Source: Thermoplasmata archaeon (GTDB lineage: Archaea; Thermoplasmatota; Thermoplasmata; Thermoplasmatales; GCA-001856825). Taken from it: 64,000 bases of DNA. The stretch covers positions 65,040 through 129,039 of the forward strand of contig JAJZYT010000002.1 in assembly GCA_021797915.1 (NCBI GenBank), read 5' to 3'. The position numbers and the translations under genes were made by a program. The notes below the pieces were generated by a model. It was given only the letters and a program-made list of their open reading frames with translations, did no database searches and was not told where the DNA came from. This document shows positions 9,511 to 19,061 of the stretch, piece by piece (positions within the stretch are counted from its first letter, which is position 1; every line of letters begins with the position of its first letter).

Positions 9511-10818
9511 CTACGTTTGCTCAGGTATGTACCTAAATTTTCTGAACTCCTTGAGTGATAGGAGCAAAACCCCTATTATCAAAAGACCAATTCCCGAAAC
9601 CGTAAAGTCGAATACTATTCCATTGGATTGAATGAGGAGCCCGCCAACTGCTAAACCTGCCGGAATTGCTGCAAAGGAACCAACCGAATCGATACTCAAC
9701 ACTCGCGCTAGCAACTCTGTTGGAACTGTGGCCTGAACGGTGGCAAAATAAGTAGTATTGAGTAACCCGAACATTGACCCTGCAACAGCTCCCGTCGCTA
9801 GTGAAAGATAGATATTGTTTGAATACCCCATCAGAATGATTACTCCACCAGCAACTAGTATTGTGATGGAAATCAACGGACCAGCAAACCTGCTTCCATT
9901 CACCCGCCCCACAAGAAGGGCACCTATGGCCATTCCTGCTCCAATTGCTGCCACAAGAAAACCAAATGCAGAAGAACTTGAACCGAACTTTACGGCAGCA
10001 TAAACTACAAAGAACTGATAGAACATGCTCCCGAAAAAATTCGCAGGGAGACCTCCTATAAGCGTCCCTTCCAATAAAGGAATATTGGCCTTCATGTATG
10101 CAATGCCTTCCCGCAAGTCTCTTGAGAAGGAGCTTGGCATGAGTTGCTCCTTGGAAGTTCTACTCTTGAATTCTCCAGCAATCTGGAATAGGAAGATGGC
10201 AGAAATCGCGTATGTCATTGAGTTGACTCCCAATCCCCAGACTCCTCCGAGATATGCAACAATCAGTCCACCCGCTGCCGCCCCAACTGATTGAAAAACA
10301 CTGAAAGACCCCTGTAGCATACCGTTACCATTCTCCAGGCTTTCTTTGCCGATCAACATAGGAAGTAATGCCTGACTGGCAGGTTGGAATAGAGTTGAGA
10401 ACGAGTAAACTATGACCATGACCGCCAGTATAAGTGAGAAGGAAAATCCTATGAAGTAAAGGAAGAGAGCAAGGAAGGCCATGGATATCGTTCTGACCAC
10501 GTCTGATGTTACCATCAGGAGTTTCCTGTCATATCTGTCCGCTATAACTCCTGCAAGCAGGCCCAATATTATTCCAGGGATCACGCCTGCCATCCCGAGA
10601 TAGGCTATGTAGTATGCATTGTGAGTCACATGGTATACGATATAACTGACTGCTACTGTCGAAACCGATCCTCCGAATGCAGCAACGGTAGTTGAGGCGA
10701 AAAGATTTCTGAATCCCTTACCCAGTGGTGTGCGTTTAGTCTTGGCTGATGTTTCTCCACCAAAATTCCCTTCAGATTTTGTCATTTTTGGTCCAGTTTG
10801 CCGTTTATCGTTGTTCAA
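9511..10818 (-). CDS. MFS transporter (DHA3/macrolide-efflux-like)
   Basis: About 12 hydrophobic segments; AGVIADRYDRK motif A. Confidence 0.88.
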   Translation of the reverse strand: MNNDKRQTGPKMTKSEGNFGGETSAKTKRTPLGKGFRNLFASTTVAAFGGSVSTVAVSYIVYHVTHNAYYIAYLGMAGVIPGIILGLLAGVIADRYDRKLLMVTSDVVRTISMAFLALFLYFIGFSFSLILAVMVIVYSFSTLFQPASQALLPMLIGKESLENGNGMLQGSFSVFQSVGAAAGGLIVAYLGGVWGLGVNSMTYAISAIFLFQIAGEFKSRTSKEQLMPSSFSRDLREGIAYMKANIPLLEGTLIGGLPANFFGSMFYQFFVVYAAVKFGSSSSAFGFLVAAIGAGMAIGALLVGRVNGSRFAGPLISITILVAGGVIILMGYSNNIYLSLATGAVAGSMFGLLNTTYFATVQATVPTELLARVLSIDSVGSFAAIPAGLAVGGLLIQSNGIVFDFTVSGIGLLIIGVLLLSLKEFRKFRYIPEQT

Positions 10819-11456
10819 TTTGGTACGTTTCTCGATAGCTTCTCTATCTTGGTCACTCTTCCGACGTTAGCATTGGGAGAGATTTTTGCGACCTTCACAT
10901 ACCTTATTTCCTTGATGTCTGAATATTTCTCAACGTTGATCACGTTGCACTCAATACTACCGCAGTCGGTGTCTTTCCCTATATTCACACTATCAGCAAA
11001 TATATCTTCAACCTCTCCCCCCTTCTCTATGTTTATCGTCCCGCAAATTATCGTCCCCTTTATTCTTGAATCTTTGTCTATTTCAATTTCTTGGGCACTT
11101 ATTTCCGTTGCACTCATTTTTCCAGACAGCTCTATTCTAGTAGCTTCGATATTTTCCGCCGCAATTTTGCCTGAAACTTGTATCTTTCCTGATTTCAATC
11201 CACTCCCAATTTCCGCAGCTCCACTTATTTCGAGATTCTTACATTCTAGAGATTCTCCAATTTTCAAGCTGCCGCTGACTTTGATCGAGTCCACCCTGAC
11301 TTGGCCAGAAATCTTCCCGGATCCACTTATCTCAAGACTTTTCCCTTCCGCACTTCCATCTATATTCAAGGAGCCCGCCAGATCTATTCTCTTGAACTTC
11401 ACAGGGCCGGTAAATCTCAAAGAACCGCCTATTGAGAGATCTTCTATCTCCTGCAT
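10815..11456 (-). CDS. Polymer-forming cytoskeletal (bactofilin-like beta-helix) protein
   Basis: About 17-aa repeats such as I.VSGS..I.G.L that are typical of bactofilin/YhbE-like proteins. Confidence 0.6.
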   Translation of the reverse strand: MQEIEDLSIGGSLRFTGPVKFKRIDLAGSLNIDGSAEGKSLEISGSGKISGQVRVDSIKVSGSLKIGESLECKNLEISGAAEIGSGLKSGKIQVSGKIAAENIEATRIELSGKMSATEISAQEIEIDKDSRIKGTIICGTINIEKGGEVEDIFADSVNIGKDTDCGSIECNVINVEKYSDIKEIRYVKVAKISPNANVGRVTKIEKLSRNVPN

Positions 11457-11507
11457 GACTTCTGATTTAGCCGATATTTATAAGTATAACTCACAACTTG
11501 TTAGTTA

Positions 11508-11756
11508 ATGAACAGGTGCAGACACGACATCATTGACGATATGTTGAAGGCTCTTTCCACCGATGCAAAGAGAGTCACAGACCTGTGTTCTGCAAGTAAT
11601 GTTCCTGTCGATAGGGGAATATTAATTCTCTCGAAGATGGAAGAATTTGGACTGTTGTTTAAGATCGAAGAAAAAGGTGAAAGCAGATACAAACTTACTG
11701 ATCGCGGGTATGAATGGATTGGGCATTACAAACATCTGAAGAAGGCATTACCTTGA
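11508..11756 (+). CDS. Small winged-helix DNA-binding protein
   Basis: R.RHDII.DML...YKLTDRG.EW pattern of archaeal HTH_45-type proteins. Confidence 0.75.
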   Translation: MNRCRHDIIDDMLKALSTDAKRVTDLCSASNVPVDRGILILSKMEEFGLLFKIEEKGESRYKLTDRGYEWIGHYKHLKKALP

Positions 11757-11833
11757 CCGTTTGAACAGTTATTGAAAACTCGCAAGATCTGACAAGTGGG
11801 TCAAGGTTAATAATTTGAGCATAATTTAGGACT

Positions 11834-13381
11834 ATGCCATTTGAAAATGAGAACACCTATATCAAAATGGTTGAAAAAAAAGAAGAGGATCTATTTCACA
11901 AAAAATTCGATGAAAGTGTAGAAAATGTTAAGAAACTTTTTGAAAAGGAGTACCCGAATCTGGTGAATGGAGAGGTGATAGAACAGGAAAAACTCCTTCA
12001 CCTTTCTCCCCTCGATGGAAAGACCCAGGTCGGTACCTTCCAGATGTCTACGAAGGAGACTTCGCAAAAGGCTGTCAAAATTGCGAGGGAAAACTACAAG
12101 GAATGGTATTCGAGGGGATATCTTGCCAGAAGCGAGATATTCATGAGGGCAGCTGAATTGCTCTCCAAGGAGAAATTTGAACTTTCAGCCCTATTGAGTT
12201 ATGAAAATGGAAAGAATAGATACGAGGCTATGGGTGATGTCGATGAGGCTATCGATTTCATCAGGTACTACGCCCTGAATCTGTTGGAAAACCAGGGCTT
12301 CTCAAGATTCACCGGAACGGCGTACTACGGGGAAGACTCAAAGAGTGTGATGAAACCTTACGGAGTTTTCCTAGTAGTGGCACCTTTCAACTTCTTTTCG
12401 ATTACGGTTGGAATGGTCAGCGGTCCTCTGCTTGTAGGCAACAGCGTCATTCTGAAACCTTCGTCGGATATCCCTCTTTCATCTTACAAGTTTGTTGAAC
12501 TCATGCACAAGGCAGGAGTTCCAAGGTCAAATCTGATATTTCTTTCTGGATCGGGTGGAAGGGTGGGAAGGACACTCTACACCGATGACGGAGTTGATGG
12601 CATTGTCTTCACGGGAAGCAGGGATATCGGCACGAAAATTTACAAAGAGTCTCAGGAAAGGAGACCGAAGGTGGCGGTCACAGAGATGGGTGGGAAGGAC
12701 ACCATAATCGTCACAGACAAGTGTGATTTGGACAAGGCTGTTGAGGGCGTTGCGAGATCAGCGTTTGGGTACAACGGTCAGAAATGTTCCGCAACAAGTC
12801 TTGCCTTGATTGACGAAAAACTCTATGATACCTTCAAGAAGAAAATTGTAGCCTTCAGCTCCAAACTGATTATTGATGACCCGAGGAAGAAGGGAACATT
12901 CGTTGGGCCGATCATCAACAGGGAAGCGTACGACAAATTCCAGAGAATAATGGAGACAGTCCCCGAGGACAAAGTACTGCTTGGTGGAAAGAAGATTCCA
13001 AGGGAAGGGTTCTATGTCGAGAACACAATTCTTGATAATGTTGGGGATCCGAACATCGAAAGAGTGGAGCTCTTCTTGCCTATCCTTGCTCTCAAACCGA
13101 TCAAGTCTCTTCAGGAAGCGGTCGATCTCGTCAACAGCATGGAATACGGGCTGACTGGCGGCATTTTCTCGGAGGACAAGAAAGAGATAGACTACTACTT
13201 CAACAATGCTGATGTTGGGGTCATCTATGCAAACAGGAGAAGAGGAGGATCTACGGGGGCGATGGTAGGTTCACAACCATTTGTGGGATGGAAATGGAGC
13301 GGCACATCAGGTAAGGGGACGGGTTCCTTCTACTACCTTCAGCAATTCCTGAGAGAACAGGCCCAGACGATAGTCAGGTAG
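11834..13381 (+). CDS. Aldehyde dehydrogenase, 1-pyrroline-5-carboxylate dehydrogenase-like
   Basis: EAIDFIRYY, FTGS, EMGGKD, GQKCSA, YGLTGG, TGAMVGSQPF.GWK.SG. Confidence 0.88.
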   Translation: MPFENENTYIKMVEKKEEDLFHKKFDESVENVKKLFEKEYPNLVNGEVIEQEKLLHLSPLDGKTQVGTFQMSTKETSQKAVKIARENYKEWYSRGYLARSEIFMRAAELLSKEKFELSALLSYENGKNRYEAMGDVDEAIDFIRYYALNLLENQGFSRFTGTAYYGEDSKSVMKPYGVFLVVAPFNFFSITVGMVSGPLLVGNSVILKPSSDIPLSSYKFVELMHKAGVPRSNLIFLSGSGGRVGRTLYTDDGVDGIVFTGSRDIGTKIYKESQERRPKVAVTEMGGKDTIIVTDKCDLDKAVEGVARSAFGYNGQKCSATSLALIDEKLYDTFKKKIVAFSSKLIIDDPRKKGTFVGPIINREAYDKFQRIMETVPEDKVLLGGKKIPREGFYVENTILDNVGDPNIERVELFLPILALKPIKSLQEAVDLVNSMEYGLTGGIFSEDKKEIDYYFNNADVGVIYANRRRGGSTGAMVGSQPFVGWKWSGTSGKGTGSFYYLQQFLREQAQTIVR

Positions 13382-14729
13382 TGCCATTATTTTTAATGAG
13401 TTCGTTCACTTTTTCAACGAACTCAACTTCTTTACCAATTGGAACGATAGCACCTGCAGCATTTCTGTGACCTCCACCGGAGCCTCCCAGGGTACCGGCT
13501 GCCTGCCGGAAGACAACCGAGAGATCCACCCTTTCCGAAAGTTCAAGAGATATTCTGGCCGATATTTTCTTCGTGTTTCCCAGGTTTGCCATTACAACCA
13601 CGACCGTTGTCTTTGGGACGTTCATGTGAGTAATGATCCTCGTTGCGAGGGTGCCCGTTATATTGTTTTGCAGTTTTTCTCCAAAGTCATAATAAAGAAT
13701 GTTCCCGATCGTTTTGCCCTCTGCAGTTTCCAGTGCTTTCGATGCGTTTCTAAGGGAATCAAGGTGGTCCGAATAGAGCTGCATTGCCTCCTTCATGGCT
13801 TCTCCCCTCTCAAAGAGACACAACCTAATTCCAACATCTGGTTTCCCCTTTCTTGAAGTTGCATTGACCAGTGAAGAGAAGTCCCTTAGGTCTTTGATCA
13901 TTGAAGTTGTTGGTTCCCCTTTCATTTCATAGACTTCGCCGATTAGGCGACTGGGGTCTCCCCCACCCCTTTCAACCATGTCCTTGAGGTCCGCAATCAT
14001 CTCTCCCCTCTTTTTCTGGTCAAGGTCCAACCATCTTATCGACTTGAGATTTCTCCTATCAAGACCGTGACCTGATAGGAAATCGGCGACAGCATTTGGG
14101 TTATCGTAGAGAGACTTGATTCTAGGATCGTTACCGAATCTCAGCATGTATGAAACTGATTTTGAGCTCCTTCCATAATACCTTATGTCTTCCTTCACCT
14201 CAATGATCCCCATATTCTTGGCTAGGAGCATTATCTCTCTGTCCGTGTCCACCAGCCTTCCAAATTTCTTGTCATGGAGGTCTCCCACCGATCCGATGAC
14301 AGAGAGATGGGATACAGCTGAAACTTCGGAAAGAACATTGGTTGCAAAGAGGAAGGAAGTTGTCGACCCGGATTGTGAAATGCTCCCATCCAGCCCCTCC
14401 AGGTGTGGGTTGAACTGATATATGTTGTTTCCATCCTCAGTGTAGTGCGTTTCCATCACTATTGGAGTATGATGGTCTGTGACTATTCCACTCACGTTTC
14501 TCATGTCGTTCAGTCGGGCAGAGCCCATGTCGTTAAACCAGTAGATGTCAGAGCCCCCGAAGACATCCTGTGGAGTCAATTGATTTCTGATAGTAACCTC
14601 ATAATTGAGACCCAATCTTCTTGCCACAAAGACTGCAATCGCTGCGGATGCTATTCCATCTGCATCGTGATGAGAAAAGATCCTGAGCTTCTTTGCTGAG
14701 GTGACCATTTCGACTGCTTCGCTAATCAT
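13374..14729 (-). CDS. DHH/DHHA1 phosphoesterase (archaeal RecJ-like exonuclease)
   Basis: HHDADG, NDMGS, DHH, GGGHRNAAGA motifs. Confidence 0.9.
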   Translation of the reverse strand: MISEAVEMVTSAKKLRIFSHHDADGIASAAIAVFVARRLGLNYEVTIRNQLTPQDVFGGSDIYWFNDMGSARLNDMRNVSGIVTDHHTPIVMETHYTEDGNNIYQFNPHLEGLDGSISQSGSTTSFLFATNVLSEVSAVSHLSVIGSVGDLHDKKFGRLVDTDREIMLLAKNMGIIEVKEDIRYYGRSSKSVSYMLRFGNDPRIKSLYDNPNAVADFLSGHGLDRRNLKSIRWLDLDQKKRGEMIADLKDMVERGGGDPSRLIGEVYEMKGEPTTSMIKDLRDFSSLVNATSRKGKPDVGIRLCLFERGEAMKEAMQLYSDHLDSLRNASKALETAEGKTIGNILYYDFGEKLQNNITGTLATRIITHMNVPKTTVVVVMANLGNTKKISARISLELSERVDLSVVFRQAAGTLGGSGGGHRNAAGAIVPIGKEVEFVEKVNELIKNNGTT

Positions 14730-15753
14730 TCAATATAACCTCACTGATTGGTACGCCGGTTTTGTCTTCTACCTCGTAGAAATTCTTCCAAGCCTCTTGA
14801 CACTCACAATTCAGTTCTTCGAGATATCGATAGTCTAACGTTTCGCTGAACAACCTTATCCCTTCAGAGAATCTCCTGTCACAGCTGTGACCGTTGTGAG
14901 CGCCTCTATTCTTTCCTGACGCAGTTACAAGTGAGACAACTGGAACATCGATGCCCCTCAGAGATTGGAGTACTGTCACCACAGTCCAAAGCCAAGGTGG
15001 CCGGTAACTGCCCTCTTTGTAAATTTTTTCAACTAGAGTGCCTCTTTGTATGTTCATTGGGTTAATTGAAATGAAGTCGCTGTACGGAGCAAGATCCCTT
15101 GCAGACTTTATCGAGTCTCTCAGAGCCTCGCTCTCTGTCAGGAATGGTGGCTTAAGGAGGAGATAAGTCCTGACCGATATGCCATTCTCTCTCAGCAGCT
15201 TAGCGGCTTCCTTGAAGTCTTCGAAGTCGTAATTCTTATTCACTGAATTCTTCAAGATTGATGGGTCGGTGCTTTCAAGTCCAATTGCAACCTGCATTTT
15301 CCCCGAATATTTCCTAAGCTTCTCGACCACCTTGGCGATGTACTCAGGTCTGCTCTCTACGATGAGTTGGGCATAACCCTGGAGCACCCTTTCAATGATC
15401 GTGAACTGGACCCCGGCATCTATTTCTATTGGATCGAAGAAGGAACCTGATGTGAATATCTTCAAGACTTCTCCCTTAGGAAACTCCCCCAGGAAAGTGT
15501 TGACCTGATTTTCAATCTCCTCTTTCCCTACCTCTGGGTTCGTGTCGTCCCAATATCCGCACATCGAACACCCAGAATGATAACTCCAGCTACACCCTCT
15601 GGTTCTCAGGATCAATACTCTCTCAACAGTCGTCTTCCCATCAAAAAATTCCTTTTCGGTATACGTTGTCACGTAGTCCGTCCTACCATTTCTTCCGATT
15701 GCATTCCTAATCTTCGCTATTTCACCCGCGAACTGGGGATCGACCTTATTCAT
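14722..15753 (-). CDS. raSEA: Archaeosine biosynthesis radical SAM protein RaSEA
   Basis: RTRGC-x7-CxxC atypical radical SAM motif, KIFTSGSFFD, VESRPE, YLLLKPPFL, YRPPWLW, RGAHN. Confidence 0.88.
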   Translation of the reverse strand: MNKVDPQFAGEIAKIRNAIGRNGRTDYVTTYTEKEFFDGKTTVERVLILRTRGCSWSYHSGCSMCGYWDDTNPEVGKEEIENQVNTFLGEFPKGEVLKIFTSGSFFDPIEIDAGVQFTIIERVLQGYAQLIVESRPEYIAKVVEKLRKYSGKMQVAIGLESTDPSILKNSVNKNYDFEDFKEAAKLLRENGISVRTYLLLKPPFLTESEALRDSIKSARDLAPYSDFISINPMNIQRGTLVEKIYKEGSYRPPWLWTVVTVLQSLRGIDVPVVSLVTASGKNRGAHNGHSCDRRFSEGIRLFSETLDYRYLEELNCECQEAWKNFYEVEDKTGVPISEVILND

Positions 15754-15890
15754 TGTTTCGATTATCGATGTAAGTTATAAAACCGTTTTCAAATAATCCC
15801 CTCGTGTTATGCTTTCTGGGGTTTGAAGACCCCATTGTTATATATAAAAAGGTATGCTAATGATTTTTTACCCGGAAATGATGGGAAGGC

Positions 15891-16526
15891 ATGTGCAGGA
15901 TGCTCCTGTCGATAGGGAATTATTCTGACCTCACTCAGTATATGGATTTCCTCTTTGAGATGGCAAATGAAGGCAAGCACTCTCCTCACCACGACGGTTT
16001 TGGTTACGTCTTGTACTCAAAGAATGAAATAATGGTTCAGAAGAGTATAGAACCAATTCGCAAAGTGGATGGGTTGTACGGAACCGCGCTCATCGCACAT
16101 GCGAGGAAGAAGAGTTCCTCCACAGGTTCATTGATCAACACCCAACCCTTCCTATCTGATAACGTCTCCTTTGCCCATAACGGCACGATAAAGAAGTTGG
16201 GAAAGCGGGGAAAGAGTGACAGTTACCATTACTTCAGAATGATCCTTAGGGGATTTCCTGGGGCGATTACCGGGATTAGGGAGATGGATTTTACGAGCAT
16301 CAACTTCATCATTACTGATGGAACTTACGCTGCTGCTTACAGAGAAGTCAGGAAAGAACCCGGTTACTACTCGCTGTTCTACAAGCTGGAAGGAGATAGA
16401 TTCACAGTATCCACAGAGGCTATGGGAGGAAAGTGGTTCGAGATCGGAGATAAGACACTGGTAGTATTCAGGAACGGCAGAGTGAACGAGTACAAGGCTG
16501 ACGATGTTATCCCTGCGGTCATTTGA
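15891..16526 (+). CDS. Class II glutamine amidotransferase (YafJ/EgtC-like)
   Basis: MCR N-terminal nucleophile, H.DGFG, AHAR, AHNGTI, SDS. Confidence 0.85.
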   Translation: MCRMLLSIGNYSDLTQYMDFLFEMANEGKHSPHHDGFGYVLYSKNEIMVQKSIEPIRKVDGLYGTALIAHARKKSSSTGSLINTQPFLSDNVSFAHNGTIKKLGKRGKSDSYHYFRMILRGFPGAITGIREMDFTSINFIITDGTYAAAYREVRKEPGYYSLFYKLEGDRFTVSTEAMGGKWFEIGDKTLVVFRNGRVNEYKADDVIPAVI

Positions 16527-17481
16527 TTTTTCTTGGAATGGAATCTGCTATCCTTTCGGTGAAAGCTGACATCACGGCTTCTTCTACGAGATGTTTCCTT
16601 TCCTTTATCCCCTTCGAAAAATAGTAGATCGCCCCCTTGTAGTCACCTGAATTGTCTACTCCGATAAGCTCGTTGGTGACCTCTTCGAGTTCCTTCCCCG
16701 ATTTCATTCCCATCATCATTGAATCGTTCATAGGGAGCCCGGATGAAATACCGTAATTTATGTTGCCCAGTGAATCCTTTACAGCAGCCACATGGACATC
16801 GTACTCTATTCCATGAGTCGATATTATCCCAGCCTCTACTCCAATCGCGTAATCGTACTTCGATCTCACTCCCTCTACTCTTCTCAAGGCCCCCACGAAA
16901 GTTTCGTGGTTCATGGGTTGGGGATGAAAACCATCTTCCTGCTCAACTGTTTCAAGTTCGTATCCCTTGAATAATTTAGAAATAATGGATTTGGTCCCTT
17001 CTATCTTTTCTGGGTTTTTGGACACAAGAACGACTTTGATCACTGTCTTCCTTGTTCCATTTTCGTCTATCTGGCCGTTTATGATTCTTTCTGACTTTAT
17101 GGGCATCAGATCATCCGCCAGAATTTGTCCAACATTTACTACTTGAAGCGGATTGATGCCTCTGGACTTACGGATAAAATTGATGTTTGATATGAAATCG
17201 ATAGTTTCATTAGAAGAGACAATCGCTTCATATTCTTGAGAAAGCGTAGAACCATATGGATCCACGAGCTCCTTCACTACCGAATTCGCGCCTATACTAT
17301 TCAGGTATGCTTGCAGATTTCTCTTCCTTGTTTCGAAGGGGGGGACAGCATATTTCTTGTTGAATTTAAACCTGTCTGAGGTAAGGCCTATGGTCAAGTT
17401 TCCCAGCTTGAGCCCTCTTTCAATCATTTCCTTATGGGCCTTGTGCAAAATGCTGAATGTACCTCCCAGAAGAACCTGCAC
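16519..17481 (-). CDS. coaD: Bifunctional phosphopantetheine adenylyltransferase / YjjX-type non-canonical NTPase
   Basis: N-terminal GGTFSILHKAH and KSERI..G.ID; C-terminal SKNPEK, QPM, GVEAG, GAIYYFS. Confidence 0.88.
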   Translation of the reverse strand: MQVLLGGTFSILHKAHKEMIERGLKLGNLTIGLTSDRFKFNKKYAVPPFETRKRNLQAYLNSIGANSVVKELVDPYGSTLSQEYEAIVSSNETIDFISNINFIRKSRGINPLQVVNVGQILADDLMPIKSERIINGQIDENGTRKTVIKVVLVSKNPEKIEGTKSIISKLFKGYELETVEQEDGFHPQPMNHETFVGALRRVEGVRSKYDYAIGVEAGIISTHGIEYDVHVAAVKDSLGNINYGISSGLPMNDSMMMGMKSGKELEEVTNELIGVDNSGDYKGAIYYFSKGIKERKHLVEEAVMSAFTERIADSIPRKIK

Positions 17482-17555
17482 ACCGCTTGATGCTTTTTCC
17501 TTATAATATTTCTACGTTGACTGGTGCGCCAAGCCACTTCCTGATGAATCCGGTC

Positions 17556-17885
17556 CTAAGTATCCACTTCTATGAATCCTTTCTCTTCTCTCACCGGGTA
17601 GACTTTCAAAGTGAGCTTGTCCATCAGGATATTTGGTGCAACATATGGAGGAACGACCATCTTTCCATCCGTCAAGTTGAATTCTGCATGATGGCACTGG
17701 CACTTGGTCCTCAGACTGTCTGTTTCAAGGATGCCCAGGATGCACTTTGCGTGGGAACAAACCCCGTTTATGGCATACAATTTGTCACCGACAGCAGCGA
17801 TGTAAATTACTTCATCCCCCACCCTGACGCTTGAAGCCCCGGCTGCCCTCAGGGATTTTGCGGTAATTGTTTTACGCCAGGTCAT
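17556..17885 (-). CDS. Soluble Rieske [2Fe-2S] protein (sulredoxin-like)
   Basis: CSH...C-x2-H Rieske boxes (CSHAKC, CQCHH), PPYVAP; start MTWRK at 17885. Confidence 0.88.
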   Translation of the reverse strand: MTWRKTITAKSLRAAGASSVRVGDEVIYIAAVGDKLYAINGVCSHAKCILGILETDSLRTKCQCHHAEFNLTDGKMVVPPYVAPNILMDKLTLKVYPVREEKGFIEVDT

Positions 17886-17999
17886 GGTGTTACTTTGATT
17901 ATTCAAGTATTATAGCTTTCTGTCTCCTATTTCCACAACAACCTAGACTGATTTTAGCCCGTCGTCAAACATTAAACTTAAATCCTAGTTTCTAAAATC

Positions 18000-18362
18000 A
18001 TGGTAATGAAAATTGCTGTAGCTCATAGTAAGGAGAATAATCTTGTGCCACTAGACTTAGCTGAATTGATCAGCATCGTTGACACTGATGAAAAGAAGAT
18101 CAGTCAGTATGAGAACCCTGGGTTCGAAAGAGTTCCTGGAGGAAAAGAAATCACGATGGCCGCCATCCTCAAATTGCAACCAGACGCAGTTGTGGTGAAG
18201 GAAGGCATGATGTGCCCCGGCTCATACAGGATGTCAGTGGGTAGAGTCAAGTATGCCCATTTTGAAGAAGAGAATTTGGATGAAATTCTGCCAAAACTAG
18301 AAAGTGTGGAAGATGTTATTTCAGACGACATTCCACCCAACGTATACAGGGAAGTAGAGTAG
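18000..18362 (+). CDS. Conserved hypothetical protein, NifX/NifB-like fold suspected
   Basis: MKIAVA start, ENPG, PDAVVV, MCPGSY; AT-rich TATA-like box about 28 nt upstream. Confidence 0.6.
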   Translation: MVMKIAVAHSKENNLVPLDLAELISIVDTDEKKISQYENPGFERVPGGKEITMAAILKLQPDAVVVKEGMMCPGSYRMSVGRVKYAHFEEENLDEILPKLESVEDVISDDIPPNVYREVE

Positions 18363-18878
18363 AACTTGGCCCTCCGAGTTATTTTATGGAGACAATCTCC
18401 TATATTTTGATGCTTTTTCATTGACGCAATTGAAAGACTAGTGACGGACATTTAAGAGGTATTGGTGAAACCTTGCAAACCTATCGTTCATAAATTGATC
18501 CTCAATCCTTCGTAGAATTCATCAGCGCCTAATTCCGAATCCCTCGTTTGCCCGATCTCTTCTCTTTCGTTGAGGGGGGATTTTGCAGAATCAGGGATCT
18601 GTCTAATTGAAAATCGATGACACCAGTAATACTTAGCTTTTTAGGAGTTTTGTATGCTTTTATCTTAGGTGCTGACTAGACCCCGCTGATTTCTGTAACA
18701 ACTGAATGTCCCAATGCAATCAGTGTGGAGAAAATCCTTGCCTGTTATATGACAAGTCCGAGTTGAGCTATCTCTGGCATTATACCCTTATTAGGAGTGA
18801 AAAATTCCTACCAGAATAGTGGATATTGACAATAAACTGAACCAAACTTTGCATTCAATCTGTTTTGGAAGAGGAAAA

Positions 18879-18951
18879 TGCCGCGAGCCGGGATCGAACC
18901 GGCGACTTCAAGCTCTTCAGGCTTGCACTCTCCCAGCTGAGTTATCGCGGC
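18879..18951 (-). tRNA. tRNA-Phe (GAA), intronless, CCA not encoded
   Basis: Reverse complement GCCGCGA...CAAGC-CTGAAGA-GCTTG...GGTTCGATCC...TCGCGGC-A forms a full cloverleaf. Confidence 0.97.
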
Positions 18952-19061
18952 TTGATTTCTCAAGAGGATTAGCATCCCTTAGAAATACTTTAACTATGCC
19001 CCGGCCCCCCGAATTTCCAGTGGAACGCGAATGTTAATACACCCAGAGGGATAACGAGAGG

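Noticed and set aside
10798..11508. 236-aa plus-strand hydrophobic ORF
   Set aside because: Antisense shadow of the repetitive bactofilin-like gene; no motifs
18363..18878. 500-bp spacer beside the tRNA-Phe 3' end as a possible integrated-element remnant
   Set aside because: No att repeat, integrase fragment or recognisable ORF found
18819..19037. 72-aa ORF (and similarly 51871-52116)
   Set aside because: Antisense overlaps of tRNA genes
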